A stretch of 61,567 bases of DNA, counting the filler, from an uncultured Methanosarcinales archaeon (GTDB lineage Archaea; Nanobdellota; Nanobdellia; Woesearchaeales; GW2011-AR9): assembly GCA_964434885.1 (NCBI GenBank). It is 12 parts of 12 records of this genome, joined end to end, with 100 filler letters (N's around TTAATTAATTAA, not from the genome) between each part and the next. Parts side by side here need not be neighbours in the genome. Positions count along the whole stretch, not along the records: positions 13,508 to 19,995 come from CAYSWQ010000051.1; positions 20,096 to 26,563 come from CAYSWQ010000052.1; positions 26,664 to 32,723 come from CAYSWQ010000054.1; 9 more parts are not named here. One strand, given 5' to 3'. A program made the position numbers and the translations under genes. A model generated the notes under the pieces. It ran no database searches. It worked only from the letters and a program-made list of their open reading frames with translations, and was not told the origin of the DNA. Shown here one piece after another: positions 18,480 to 29,509 of the stretch (position 1 is the first letter of the stretch; the number at the start of each line of letters is the position of its first letter).

Positions 18480-19310
18480 TTGATGAATCCAATAAAAAGA
18501 GGAATTTTTGATACCTTCAGTACAATCAAAAAGAACAAATTGCTTTTCTTTGGTTTAATGATTATTCAATTATTATTTTTAATTTCTATATCTTATGTCG
18601 CTGTTAATTACCAAATTGAAATTTATAGTAATTTAAATGAAATACTAGACCCATTAAAAAATGCAAATTTTAATGCCACTTCTTTAGAATCAGGTCAACC
18701 TTTTTTACCAGATATGTCTACTAATCTGGCTGCAATGACTAAAGGATATAATCAAATGATCAAAGGTATTTTTGAGGCGCTTTTCTTAATTTTTGGATGT
18801 TATATCTTATTTAATGGATTTTTATGGAGTATTGCTAATTATTTAGTTAAATCGAAAAGAAAAAATTCTTCATTTCACATTCTAAAAAAAATTGGAAATT
18901 ATTGGAAAAAATTTACACTTCTTAGTTTATTTTTTTTAATTCCTACTATTGTTTTAGGATATTATTTGTTGATTAATTTAGTTTTTGATAGCCAGTTATT
19001 AAAAGATGCTATTCAGTGGGTAGAGATATTTTTATTGGTTGTTTTTTATTTTTTAATCATTGGTTTTTGTCATTTAGATTCAAAAATAAAAAATATATTT
19101 ATTCAATTCTTTCGAACAGGAATATTTCAAGCTCATTGGGTATTAATTAGTCTTTTTATTAATTTGGTTTTAATTTTCTTGAGTTTATTATTGATTTATT
19201 ATAGCACAGATAGTTTATTTTTTATGACTTTAGGAATATTTTTAACTATTTTCTTTTTAGTGTTGGGAAAAATATTTTTAGTTAGTATTGTTAAGAGATT
19301 AAAAGAATAA
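18480..19310 (+). CDS. Hypothetical polytopic membrane protein
   Basis: About 6 hydrophobic segments. Confidence 0.75.
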   Translation: MMNPIKRGIFDTFSTIKKNKLLFFGLMIIQLLFLISISYVAVNYQIEIYSNLNEILDPLKNANFNATSLESGQPFLPDMSTNLAAMTKGYNQMIKGIFEALFLIFGCYILFNGFLWSIANYLVKSKRKNSSFHILKKIGNYWKKFTLLSLFFLIPTIVLGYYLLINLVFDSQLLKDAIQWVEIFLLVVFYFLIIGFCHLDSKIKNIFIQFFRTGIFQAHWVLISLFINLVLIFLSLLLIYYSTDSLFFMTLGIFLTIFFLVLGKIFLVSIVKRLKE

Positions 19311-19383
19311 AAATTAACAGAATAAAATAAATAAGAAACATTTATTAAGCAAAAAATATTCTTATTAAAAAAAGAGGTGAAAA

Positions 19384-19995
19384 ATGGCAGCTTTAGGAGT
19401 ATTAACATCATTATCAATTTTATTATTAATTGGATTATTATTAACTTATCTTTGTCAGAAATTTAAAGTTTCTAATGTATTAATTTTGATTGTGGCTGGA
19501 GTATTAATTTCTTTTTTAAAATACAAGGGACAAAAATTAATTTCTTTTTCGAGCGATTTTTTGATTTCCATTGCAGTTATTGCTTTAATCATGATTGTTT
19601 TTGATTCTACTTCTCAATTTAGATTGAGTAAAATAATCAAAGAAACTGGTCGAGCAGTAGAAGTAAGTACTTTATTTATGATTGCTTGCATAGTTGTCGT
19701 TTCTATTGCTGCCAAATATATTTTTGGTTTCGAATGGTGGATTAGTTTTTTATTTTCTTCAATGATGTTAGGAACAGATCCTAGTGGAGTTATTGCTGTC
19801 TTGGGGGATTTGAAACACCAGGCCATCACCTTTTTAGAATGGGAATCAATTATTAATACTCCTTTAACAGTTGTTATTCCTTTTATGGTTATTGAAATGA
19901 GTAAGTCATTCCAATGGGGATCAATTTTAAGTAAATTTTTAGAACAGATCATTCCATTCCTACAACAAATTATTACTGGAGTTGGAGCCGGAGTA
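19384..19995 (+). CDS. Cation:proton antiporter (CPA1/NhaP-like), N-terminal part
   Basis: GTDP and LEWESIIN motifs; multi-TM; GAGGTGA SD; cut by linker. Confidence 0.85.
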
Positions 19996-20095
19996 NNNNN
20001 NNNNNNNNNNNNNNNNNNNNNNNNNNNNNNNNNNNNNNNTTAATTAATTAANNNNNNNNNNNNNNNNNNNNNNNNNNNNNNNNNNNNNNNNNNNN

Positions 20096-20383
20096 CAATT
20101 TAGCATCTAACTCAACCACATGAAAGCAAGCCTTCCCTTTCAACAACCCACTCAAAAAATCAAACCTCTTAGCATCAACATAAATTGGCATAAAATGAAA
20201 ACTAACATATCTTTTCCTAACCACCAATCCAGCAAAATTAACTTCTTTCCTTTTACGACCCGCAATCACCATCTCCTTAAAAGACCATAAATCATACTCA
20301 GAAACAGAATCAACTTTCAGTTTTAAATCTCCTTCATATTTCTTTAATAATTTCTTCAACCTATTAAAAATTTTAACCCGCAT
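20096..20383 (-). CDS. DUF1801-like protein (3' truncated)
   Basis: FAGL...YVSFHFMPIY...LKGKACF. Confidence 0.6.
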
Positions 20384-20939
20384 AATTAATATACTGGATA
20401 GCTTGTCCAGCTACATTTCCTTCCGGTAAAAACATCCCCAATACAAATATAATCGCGAGAACAATAACAAAATTTATTACTAATATTCCAAATGTCTTTG
20501 CTGCTGAAATCTGGTGACAATAACTGATTGCAAAGAAAACCAAAAAGACATAATATCCAAACACAAACAACATCAACACTATACTAATCATGCTTGCATA
20601 AGGTAATAAAAAAACCAAAGGTACAAGATAAATCAACACTAAATCAATACTCACCATACCACTAAACAAATTCCAAAATTCTCCTTTTCCTTTAAACAAC
20701 CATTTTCCAATAAGTAATACTGCCCCTACAGAGATAAAAGTGCTTAAAATACTCTGTAATACAAAAGCAATTGCTTGTAAATTAAAACCTTGTAAAAAAT
20801 ACAAACCATTAACAATAAATAAAATTCCCATTGCAATCCATCTAAAATTTTTACCTTGAGAACAGATAATTTTCATCGGCTCTCTTGCTTTAAAAATCAA
20901 TAAACTCAATGCCACCAATATATTTTTCCACATATTCAA
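20373..20939 (-). CDS. Yip1-like membrane protein
   Basis: 5 TM segments; LFKGKGEF. Confidence 0.65.
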   Translation of the reverse strand: MNMWKNILVALSLLIFKAREPMKIICSQGKNFRWIAMGILFIVNGLYFLQGFNLQAIAFVLQSILSTFISVGAVLLIGKWLFKGKGEFWNLFSGMVSIDLVLIYLVPLVFLLPYASMISIVLMLFVFGYYVFLVFFAISYCHQISAAKTFGILVINFVIVLAIIFVLGMFLPEGNVAGQAIQYINYAG

Positions 20940-21008
20940 ACCATTTCTTTAAGATTTATAAACATTTCCAAAACATATAAATACCTCTTCTAAATTCCAA
21001 AACCAGAG

Positions 21009-21572
21009 GTGTTAGAAATTAAAGAGAGTTTTGTGATAGTAGATATAGAAACTACTGGTTTATCCAGATATAGACATAAGATTACTGAAATCTCCGCCAT
21101 TAAATTTAAAGACGGAGAAATAATAGATGAATTTACAACCTTAGTAAACCCTGAAACAAAAATCCCTTCTTTCATAACCAAACTCACTGGCATCACTAAT
21201 GAAATGGTTAAAGATTCTCCTAAAATCCATCAAATCATCCAAGACTTTCACAACTTCACCAAAGATTCTCATTTTGTTGCCCACAATGCCACTTTTGATT
21301 ATAATTTCCTTAACCACAATCTCAAACAACATACAAACAAAGAATTAGAAAACCAAGTCTTTTGCACTTGTAAATTAGCAAGAAGACTCCTCCCAAATCT
21401 CCCCAACAAAAAACTAGGCACTGTTTGCGACCATTTAAACATTGGTAATTACGCTGCCCACCGAGCTAGAGGTGATGCTATCGCCACTACTTTTGTTTTC
21501 AAAAAATTCTTAGAACATGCAGAAGACTTAACTCATCTAAAAAAGATAGAAAAATCCAAGATACCTAGGTGA
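21009..21572 (+). CDS. DEDDh 3'-5' exonuclease (DnaQ-like)
   Basis: VDIETTG, VAHNATFD, HRARGDA. Confidence 0.95.
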   Translation: MLEIKESFVIVDIETTGLSRYRHKITEISAIKFKDGEIIDEFTTLVNPETKIPSFITKLTGITNEMVKDSPKIHQIIQDFHNFTKDSHFVAHNATFDYNFLNHNLKQHTNKELENQVFCTCKLARRLLPNLPNKKLGTVCDHLNIGNYAAHRARGDAIATTFVFKKFLEHAEDLTHLKKIEKSKIPR

Positions 21573-21576
21573 TTAT

Positions 21577-22233
21577 TTACAACCCATATTTTTTTATTTG
21601 GGTTTTGAGCCAATTCCTAATCATATATTCTGGTCCTGGTTGTACTTCTCGATACCAAGGTGCATTGCTAGCAAAACCAATTCCTGGATTAGTAGAAGAA
21701 TTAAATTCTAAAAAAGAATAAGGCTTACTTGAGGAACTTCGAAATACAATATCTGGTGTAAGTATCAAATCATATTTTCCGGTTTTCGAATTCTTTAATG
21801 TCAATTTCATGTCAGTATTAACGTTTACTTGAAAATTAGCATTAGTTAATTCATTTACTAATACATCAATCCCATCCTTTTCAGTCTGGATATTTTTTTT
21901 GGAGAGTTTAGTATCTGGCCATGGCGTAAAATCTGGCCATTGTGGTTTATCAGGTAATGAAACCACATCTAGAGTAGGTACTTTTCCATCTAGTTGAGGA
22001 GGTTTATACTTACCAACGCCACAACAACAGGCAATATCAAACATAGTTGTACATTCTCGATAATTATTACGATGAGCATATTCTCCTGCATTACTCAGTT
22101 CTTCAATAGTTAATACAACACATTCATCAGAAGAATAAGGAACAATTCTACATTTAGTATTGGTTTCAGTTGTACAATTAATATGAACTGCTGCTAACCC
22201 TGCCAATAACAATTTACCTATTTTCATTTTCAA
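21577..22233 (-). CDS. Hypothetical secreted protein or lipoprotein overlapping the Rhs gene end
   Basis: MKMKIGKLLLAGLAAVHINC signal; Cys-rich N-terminal half. Confidence 0.6.
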   Translation of the reverse strand: MKMKIGKLLLAGLAAVHINCTTETNTKCRIVPYSSDECVVLTIEELSNAGEYAHRNNYRECTTMFDIACCCGVGKYKPPQLDGKVPTLDVVSLPDKPQWPDFTPWPDTKLSKKNIQTEKDGIDVLVNELTNANFQVNVNTDMKLTLKNSKTGKYDLILTPDIVFRSSSSKPYSFLEFNSSTNPGIGFASNAPWYREVQPGPEYMIRNWLKTQIKKYGL

Positions 22234-25200
22234 TCACATAAAAACCATCGTCATTATCATCATACCATTCATCATCAGCATTATAAACCACCCAACCTTC
22301 TTCTGGTTCAAAATCATCTTCACTATGTCTACTCCATTCTTCTTCATCAGCATTATAAACCATCCACCTTTCGTCTCTTTCTGTTTCCCCACTCCTTCTC
22401 CAATCCCTCTCTGGTTCAAAATCATGTATTTCTTCTTCATCAGAATTATGAATTATCCAATCTTCTCTCTCTGTTCTACTCCATTCTTCTTCCAACTCAA
22501 AATCTATTTCACGTTCTTCTCTTTCTATCTCTTCCATTCTTCTCCACTCTTCCTCTCTTTCAAAATCATTTCTTTCTTCTGAATCAACATCCCTATGTTC
22601 CTCTTCACGCCACCCATCAGCGTTATAAACCATCCACCCTTCTTCTGGTTCAAAATCATCCTTACTATGTCTTTCTTCAACTTCTCTACGTTCTCCTTCA
22701 TGCCATTCATCTTCAACATGCCTTTCTTCCAGATCTCTTTCTCTATTCTCACGATCGCAATCTCGACACTCAACCTCTCTTAAGTTTTCTTTTTCAATAT
22801 TAATGAGATCAGATCTAACTTGGCCAGTAAGTATACTTTCCCTCTCTGAATCTGAATCAATTATTTGGTCATTTACTGGTGGGTTTTTAGTTGGTTTTGT
22901 ACACAACTGAGTATTGAAATAACCTTTGTTATCAATCTCATTAGTTTCTGGAATCTTATTATTTGGATCTGCTCTAAATTCTATGTATTTGGGACAATTA
23001 TAGAAAAAGATTGGATAAACAATATTAATTTTATTTGGTCCTAATTCTTTTATCGGAGTGGTTCCACTCTCTGCCAAAACCTTGTTCTGATCATCCTTAA
23101 CTACCCATTCCACATCTCTTGCTACTCCAGTGCCTTTGTTTCTAATAATAAACTCAAAAACAGCCAATCCACCTTTGTTCACAACCTTGCTAGACAATTT
23201 TACTGGATGATCAACATCCAGATTCACTGGTAATTTTGGCACACATTTATTGCTAACACATTTCTGATCAGATAGACAACTTGGATTATTATAGGCACAT
23301 CCAGTACTCTTTACACAAACATTATTCACACAACCATATCCACTACCACAACTTGGATTATTATATTTACATCCTTTCTTCTTTTCGCATTTATTATTCA
23401 CACAAATTTCACTACTGGAACAACTAGGATTACCATAACTACATCCAGTCTTCAACACACACTTATTATTCACACAATTATAATTAGACCCACNNNNNNN
23501 NNNNNNNNNNNNNNNNNNNNNNNNNNNNNNNNNNNNNNNNNNNNNNNNNNNNNNNNNNNNNNNNNNNNNNNNNNNNNNNNNNNNNNNNNNNNNACTAGGA
23601 TTATTATAAGAACAACCAGTCTTCAACACACACTTATTATTCACACAATTATAATTACTTCCACAAACTGGATTATTGTATGCACACCCTTTCTTCAGTA
23701 CACATTGATTATTAACACATTGATAATTCCCAGTACATTTGGGATTACCATAGCTACATCCAGTCTTCAACACACACTTATTATTCACACAATTATAATT
23801 AGACCCACAACTAGGATTATTATAAGAACAACCAGTCTTCAACACACACTTATTATTCACACAAGTTTCACTACTGGAACAACTTGGATTACCATAGCTA
23901 CAACCTGTCTTCTTTACACAGACATTATTCACACAACCATACCCACTACCACAACTTGGATTATTATAAGCACATCCCAATTTCAACGGAGCTGAAACAC
24001 TGCTCGGAGAATGCGCTGGTTTCCCAGAATAAGAAAACCAATATGCCGCATTATTTATTTTTGCCAGTATAATATTTCCAATATTGTCATAATAATAACT
24101 AGCCGTAAATCCATTTTTAGAAGAAACTTTTTTGACTGATGAAAGGCGATCAAATTGATCATAATCCATTGAATAAGTAGCCCCATTAATAGTATCACTT
24201 ATTCCTTTGACATTACCAACTTTATCATAAACATAACCGAGATTTTGTTTGCTAGACGTCTTAATATTATTCAACCTATAATTCTTATAATCATAACTGA
24301 AAACAGAAGTCAAAAAATTGCCATAACTTCTTGACCATATCTGCCCAGCTTCGTTATAATCTATATTATTAACTATCCCTGATATTTTATCTAATTTATT
24401 ACTCTTATCATAATAATAATTTATCTTTTCACCAGTTGGTAAAGTTTTTACTTTCAAATTATCTAGTGAATTATAAAGATAACTTGTTTTAAATTTTTGA
24501 CCATCAATTATCTTCTCTTCACTAATTTTTCTCAATCTTTGATCATATTTGTAGTTAGTAGTTAAATGAGGGGTTTTTACTTGAGAGAGAGTTCCCTTTA
24601 CTCCTTGATCATAAACAAAAGTAATGGTGCCACTAGAAGAAGATTTTTTAGTCATACGATTCAACTTATCATAAGTCATGGTGATTTTATTTCCATTAGC
24701 ATCCTTCTGTTCAATTAAATTACCAACTGAATCATAAGTATAATACCATTTACCTAAATCTGGATCATCCATTTTAATTTGCTGACCTAACCCATCATAA
24801 TCAAAATAAAAATTAGTTTTGTACTGGTTAATCTTAGTTAATTTATCATCTGCTCTATATTGGTAGGAAGTTATATAATTGCCATTCTTACCTACTTTGA
24901 TTATATTTCCATGAGCATCAAAAGTTATTGTTTTTTGATGACCATTTTCATTATTCACATACATTTCCCAAGGAGGAAAATTAATTTCCTTACTAGTTCC
25001 GTCCGGATTGGTTATTTTTGTAATTCGACTTTTGTGGTCATAAGAATACTTGCGATTTAATGTTGATCCAACTGAAGAAAAAGAATTACTATATGTATAC
25101 AAAAGTGGGTTTTCTTCTTGCTTAACTCTTCCTAAGCCATCATGATAGAAATTCTGAATAACTTGCTTATTATTTTCTTTTTCAGTTTTTAGTTGTATTT

Positions 25201-26563
25201 TATTTCCAAAACCATCATAGAAATAATGAGAATCATAAGTTCCAATTTGATTTGGTTCTTCTCTCTGCTTAATTTTTATTCCTTCTGGAGCAGTACCATC
25301 AAAAGAATATTCGATTACTTCAGTTGGGTAAGATTGACCATCATAAGGTCTAGTAGTGCTAATTTTTCGCCCAAAAGAATCATATTTATGGATAGTCACA
25401 TAATTATTAGGATCCGTTTCCCATAACACATTACCTGTCCCCAAATCATATTTGACATAACTATTTTGTCCAAGTGCATTAGTGCTCTTAATCGGAAAAG
25501 TATGGGATGAATCATAATAATAATGTGTTGGATTGCCTCGACCATCGGTTTCTTTAATTAAGTTACCATAAGAATCATAATTATAACTAGTTGTTTTGTA
25601 TTTACTTCCAACAATCCATTCCTCTGTTTTTGTTAAATCTCCTTTAGTTGGAGCCGACCCATACCATTGGCCATCATAATTATATTTAGTTTCCTTGATT
25701 ATATAATTATTACTATCTTTAAGATTGTATTTTTTTGGCTTATCTACTACCCAATTATTAATATTATAAGAATATTCATAGTAATTTTTTTTGTCATCTT
25801 GCCCATTAGTAGTATCTCCTTTTTCATGAATTAAAATAGGATTGCCATAATTGTCATAAGAATAACTAGTTTCTTTATTTTTTTTGATGTTATTGTAACC
25901 TTCTGTTATTGTTTTCTTAATTTTGTCTAGGGTGACTATATAATAACCATTCTGTTTTTTAGAACTCCACACATTCTCTATTTTTTGAATAAAAAAAGTG
26001 TTGATATTGTACATTTTTGTCTCTATTTCTTTCCCTTTTCTACTATCATCTTGGTGGAACCAATGTTTTATTTTGGTTTTATCTGGTCCAATTTCTTCTA
26101 CATAATTAAAACCCCTAAATTCTTTATCTTGATAATCGTAGAAACCATCACCATAATTATAAGTATGTTTTCCTGTGGCTTGACGAAGACCCAACATCCC
26201 ATTATCTTTAGTTACTGAACTAACTACCCATCCACTAAAAGGTAAATCACTAATACTATCTGGTCCAGTGTTATCTAGGTTGGCTATTTTGTAATAATCG
26301 ATAATGGTTTTACCACCAAAAGTGTTTTTGATCTCTTTTAGCAAATATGCTTTAGAGGCCTTATTCAACCAAGTACTCCTATCACTGCTAGTCTTCCCTT
26401 TAATTATATCTACTGCCCCATCACTATTGATATCAACTAATTTTGATTCGAATTTATCTAGGTAAACACCGCTTGGTAAAGACCACTGGTTATCAAGCGA
26501 CCAACCTTACCCTTTATTAATCCAACTTACACCAGTTGATCCTTTGGCATGTACAAAATCAAC
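22214..26563 (-). CDS. Large Rhs/YD-repeat surface protein (FG-GAP/TcB-mid-like, YD repeats, Cys repeats, CARDB, acidic tail); 5' truncated, in-frame TAA at 26507-26509
   Basis: LVDINSDGAVDII, EFRGFNYVE, many YxYDxxG repeats, DPDLG, ADPNNKIPETNEIDN. Confidence 0.85.
22240..22760 (-). repeat. Acidic low-complexity repeats (DFE[PRL]E; W[MVI][VI][YH]N[AS]D)
   Basis: Seen in the translation; CCTTCTTCTGGTTCAAAATCATC occurs twice in DNA. Confidence 0.8.
23238..23977 (-). repeat. 72-bp (24-aa) Cys-rich tandem repeats GC[SAK]Y[NG]NP.C.....CVNN.C...
   Basis: About 9 units visible around an N gap at 23494-23593. Confidence 0.92.
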
Positions 26564-26663
26564 NNNNNNNNNNNNNNNNNNNNNNNNNNNNNNNNNNNNN
26601 NNNNNNNTTAATTAATTAANNNNNNNNNNNNNNNNNNNNNNNNNNNNNNNNNNNNNNNNNNNN

Positions 26664-26916
26664 GATTGATTGGACTAGTAGAAAGTAAATTTATTAATTC
26701 ACCTACATTAATCCAGTTTTCTAAATATCTTCGACTAACTCGAGCAAAATTTCCTACTTTGTTTAAAGGATAAGGGTCAGAAAAAGAGTAAGGGCTGATT
26801 ATTTCTTGGTAGGCGGAATGATGGCCTTTTGTTCCAAAAAGAATGTGGTTGTAGATTGTTCTAACACAAGCATCAATTCCTTCAGTGTTTCTAAATTCTA
26901 ATGTGGGTTGTTTCAT
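26664..26916 (-). CDS. Hypothetical protein (3' truncated)
   Basis: MKQPTLEFRNTEG... starts one base after the probable stop of the upstream gene. Confidence 0.55.
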
Positions 26917-26917
26917 T

Positions 26918-28772
26918 TTAATATATTCTACTAACTGCAATAACAGAATTATTGTTATTGTAAACNNNNNNNNNNNNNNNAGCCAACTAGATTTATTATT
27001 CGATTGAACTCGGTTTCGATAAGAGGTTTAGAATCAATTACCCAAAGAGCAGGGTTTAAAGGAGATCTTTCTTTAGTTAGGAAAAAAGCACTAATAATTT
27101 GATTATCCAAAATATAAATTGGTTCTGGATGAATTAGATGTTCTGGAGAAAGTTGATGGCCATTTAAAACTCCTTGTTTTAGGAATTCTTGAGAATCTGG
27201 TTGTTGATAATAACGAATATCTTTTTGAGAATCTCCTTCTGTGAGAATTAAGTCAGGTTTATTTCTTATTTTTTCACCTTCTCTTCTTATTAAAATATCT
27301 CTAAGATTAGCATAAATAGTTTGATCACTAGTAAGATTGAAAGGAGTTCCTCCAAATAAAGTAAATAAAACTTGACGATCTTCGATAGTGGTTTGGACTT
27401 CTTGAAAATGTGATTGGTTTAGTGTTAATAAGTCCCAAAAACGAAACTCAGGAAGACTAATATCTGATCTGATACAATTGATTAAAGCAGCTCTAATCGC
27501 TTCTAAGTTAATATCTGTTAATAACATAGTAACATCATAACCGAGAGCAGTTAATTCATTGTAACAGATTATTTCTTTATTTGCTGGTCCACATCCCCCT
27601 CCAATAATAATAATTTCATTCTCTAAACTTTTTTCCTGATGTAATCTTTGAATTACTTGTTGATAATTAGATGGTTCAAATTGTTTATCAATTAATCTTT
27701 GGTAATGTAGCATAGCTTGTTGACTAGAATAAAGATTGGCTTGTTCTGGACGTAAATCAAAACAATTTGTAATGTTTCTTTTTATTCCTAATTGGTGTGC
27801 TTCTCTAGTTAATTTTTCAGCTAAAGTCGGTTTTATTTTGATTTGAAGGATTGCTTGTAAATTAGTAGGTTTGAGGTTGTGATCTAATTGGCAAAATTTT
27901 TGACCAACTAATTTTTCTTCTTCTTGATCGGAAATACCTAATAAAACATTAGTGTACGCTTTTAAAAAATCAAGATGGTTTAATTCATCTAAAGAACAAT
28001 TTTCTTTTAACCGATCTGCAGTTTCTTGTCCGCGAATAATTTTAATTTCTTCATAATAATCTTCAATAGGGGTTGAATCATTATATTCAAAAACAGCATC
28101 TTTTACTTCCACTGAAAGCTGACCATTTAATCTAATAATATCTTTAGTTAAATCTGACAAAGTTAAATGACTAAAAGTTGGTTCGAGGTCAATTTTATAT
28201 TTAACTGCGTTTTGAATTGTTCTCATCAGATTATGAAATTGACGGGTTAATTTATCATGAATTACATATTTACCCGAGACGTCAATAGAATGAATAACTT
28301 GTCCCAGTAAACCAACTAATTCTTCAGGTGGGTCTTGTAAGTTTTTTAATCCGGAAATAACTTTGGGAAAAGATCCTAAGAATGCTTTTTTTCTAAAGAT
28401 TATGCCTAGTTCGTAGAGATGTTCGTTATGACATTGTTCATGGAAATCAATAACTTCATTAGCAATATCTCGGAATTGTTCATATCTAACCATGTAAGAA
28501 CAATCTAGCATGGTTTGATTTATTTCATTGAGATTTTCTCTTACTTTTTTAGGAGCTTGAACTGCTTTGAGAATTGTGGTGAATGAAGTTAAAACATCAG
28601 CAACCCATTCGTTTGATTTATCTTTCCAACTTTCAAATAATTCATAAGCCCAATCTACTCCTTCTGGATGAGTTGATCTTAATTCTTCTAGTTTATTAGT
28701 AAAATTTTTAGGTAAAGGTTGTAAACTAGAATGAATGAGTGCTTCAATTCCTCGCTGACTACCCATATGCAT
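26918..28772 (-). CDS. Large protein with C-terminal EgtD-like (Methyltransf_33) SAM-dependent methyltransferase domain
   Basis: IIGGGCGPANKE, LLTDIN, LFGGTPFNL, LTEGD; probable true end VYNNNNSVIAVSRIY* lies past the N gap at 26966-26980. Confidence 0.62.
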
Positions 28773-28783
28773 TTTTGTTTAAC

Positions 28784-28794
28784 TTTAGCGAGGT
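28784..28794. promoter_or_regulatory. TTTAGCGAGGT motif copy 1 (11 nt upstream of the methyltransferase ATG)
   Basis: Identical copies at 28998-29008 and 31682-31692. Confidence 0.6.
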
Positions 28795-28795
28795 A

Positions 28796-28945
28796 TTAAG
28801 ATGAATTATGAGTTTCGAAAGGGAGTGCTAATAACCAAGGTTGTTGTTGTTTTGGCATAATTGGAGTTTGTATCTTTTGACATGATGGAGACCAAACTCT
28901 GATCTTCATTTGCCAGGAAATGATTTCTTTGAGGGTGTTTTCCAT
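28796..28945 (-). CDS. Small leaderless ORF (49 aa), possible leader peptide
   Basis: MENTLKEIISWQMKIRVWSPSCQKIQTPIMPKQQQPWLLALPFETHNSS*; TATATAAA about 20-27 nt upstream. Confidence 0.45.
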   Translation of the reverse strand: MENTLKEIISWQMKIRVWSPSCQKIQTPIMPKQQQPWLLALPFETHNSS

Positions 28946-28977
28946 TTTGAATTAACCAAAAAATTTATATATTTCTT

Positions 28978-29050
28978 AACCTCCTAAAGTGTTAACCTTT
29001 AGCGAGGTTTGGTTGGGAGGAGGAACTTGTTTCTCCTTCCTACCTTTTCT
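28978..29050 (+). ncRNA. Candidate structured small RNA: two tandem hairpins plus U-tract, containing motif copy 2
   Basis: AACCTCCTAAAG/CTTTAGCGAGGTT, then GGTTGGGAGGAGGAA-CTTG-TTTCTCCTTCCTACC (14 of 15 pairs, 2 G-U on + strand), then TTTT. Confidence 0.5.
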
Positions 29051-29192
29051 GCTATTGTTATCTGTAGAAGTTAATAATGCTCAGGATTAAAAGTTTGACT
29101 ATATCTAACTAGTGGAAGAGAAAGAATATAAATCTTTTTAATATATTTTTTATCTATTTGCAGAATCGAGAGGGGTTGTTGGTATTTTGGGA

Positions 29193-29498
29193 ATGAAGTT
29201 TAGGGATTTTGTAAATAAATCAAACTATTATTTTGTAAATAAAAGACCCTTATTTTATACTTCTTCTTTCATTGGTAAAAGTGGTTTGGCAACCGGATTT
29301 AATGCTGCATTAACAAGTAAAGCTACGAATGATTTGGATCCTTTTAAATTAGATGAAGTTGGAGATAAATTTCTAGAACGAGGTAAAGAATATCTTATTT
29401 GTCAAAACGATGTTGGTAGAATATCTCACTGTAATCTTTTAGTTTCATCAAACAATCTCTTTAACTACTTTAGTTGTATTAATTTAAGACGAATGTAA
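29193..29498 (+). CDS. Hypothetical protein
   Basis: 101-aa ORF; no motif. Confidence 0.45.
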   Translation: MKFRDFVNKSNYYFVNKRPLFYTSSFIGKSGLATGFNAALTSKATNDLDPFKLDEVGDKFLERGKEYLICQNDVGRISHCNLLVSSNNLFNYFSCINLRRM

Positions 29499-29509
29499 AA
29501 TCAACTTAG

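Noticed and set aside
22234..22783. Alternative-frame ORFs with repeated GWFI motifs, and other short antisense ORFs in the track
   Set aside because: Shadows of the acidic repeats or of well-supported genes on the other strand.
23238..23977. CRISPR array or DGR template/variable repeats
   Set aside because: The repeats are in-frame 72-bp coding units without unique spacers, and the variation is not adenine-specific.
26507..26509. Stop-codon reassignment
   Set aside because: Single case near a contig end; TAA, TAG and TGA all terminate conserved genes normally in this window.
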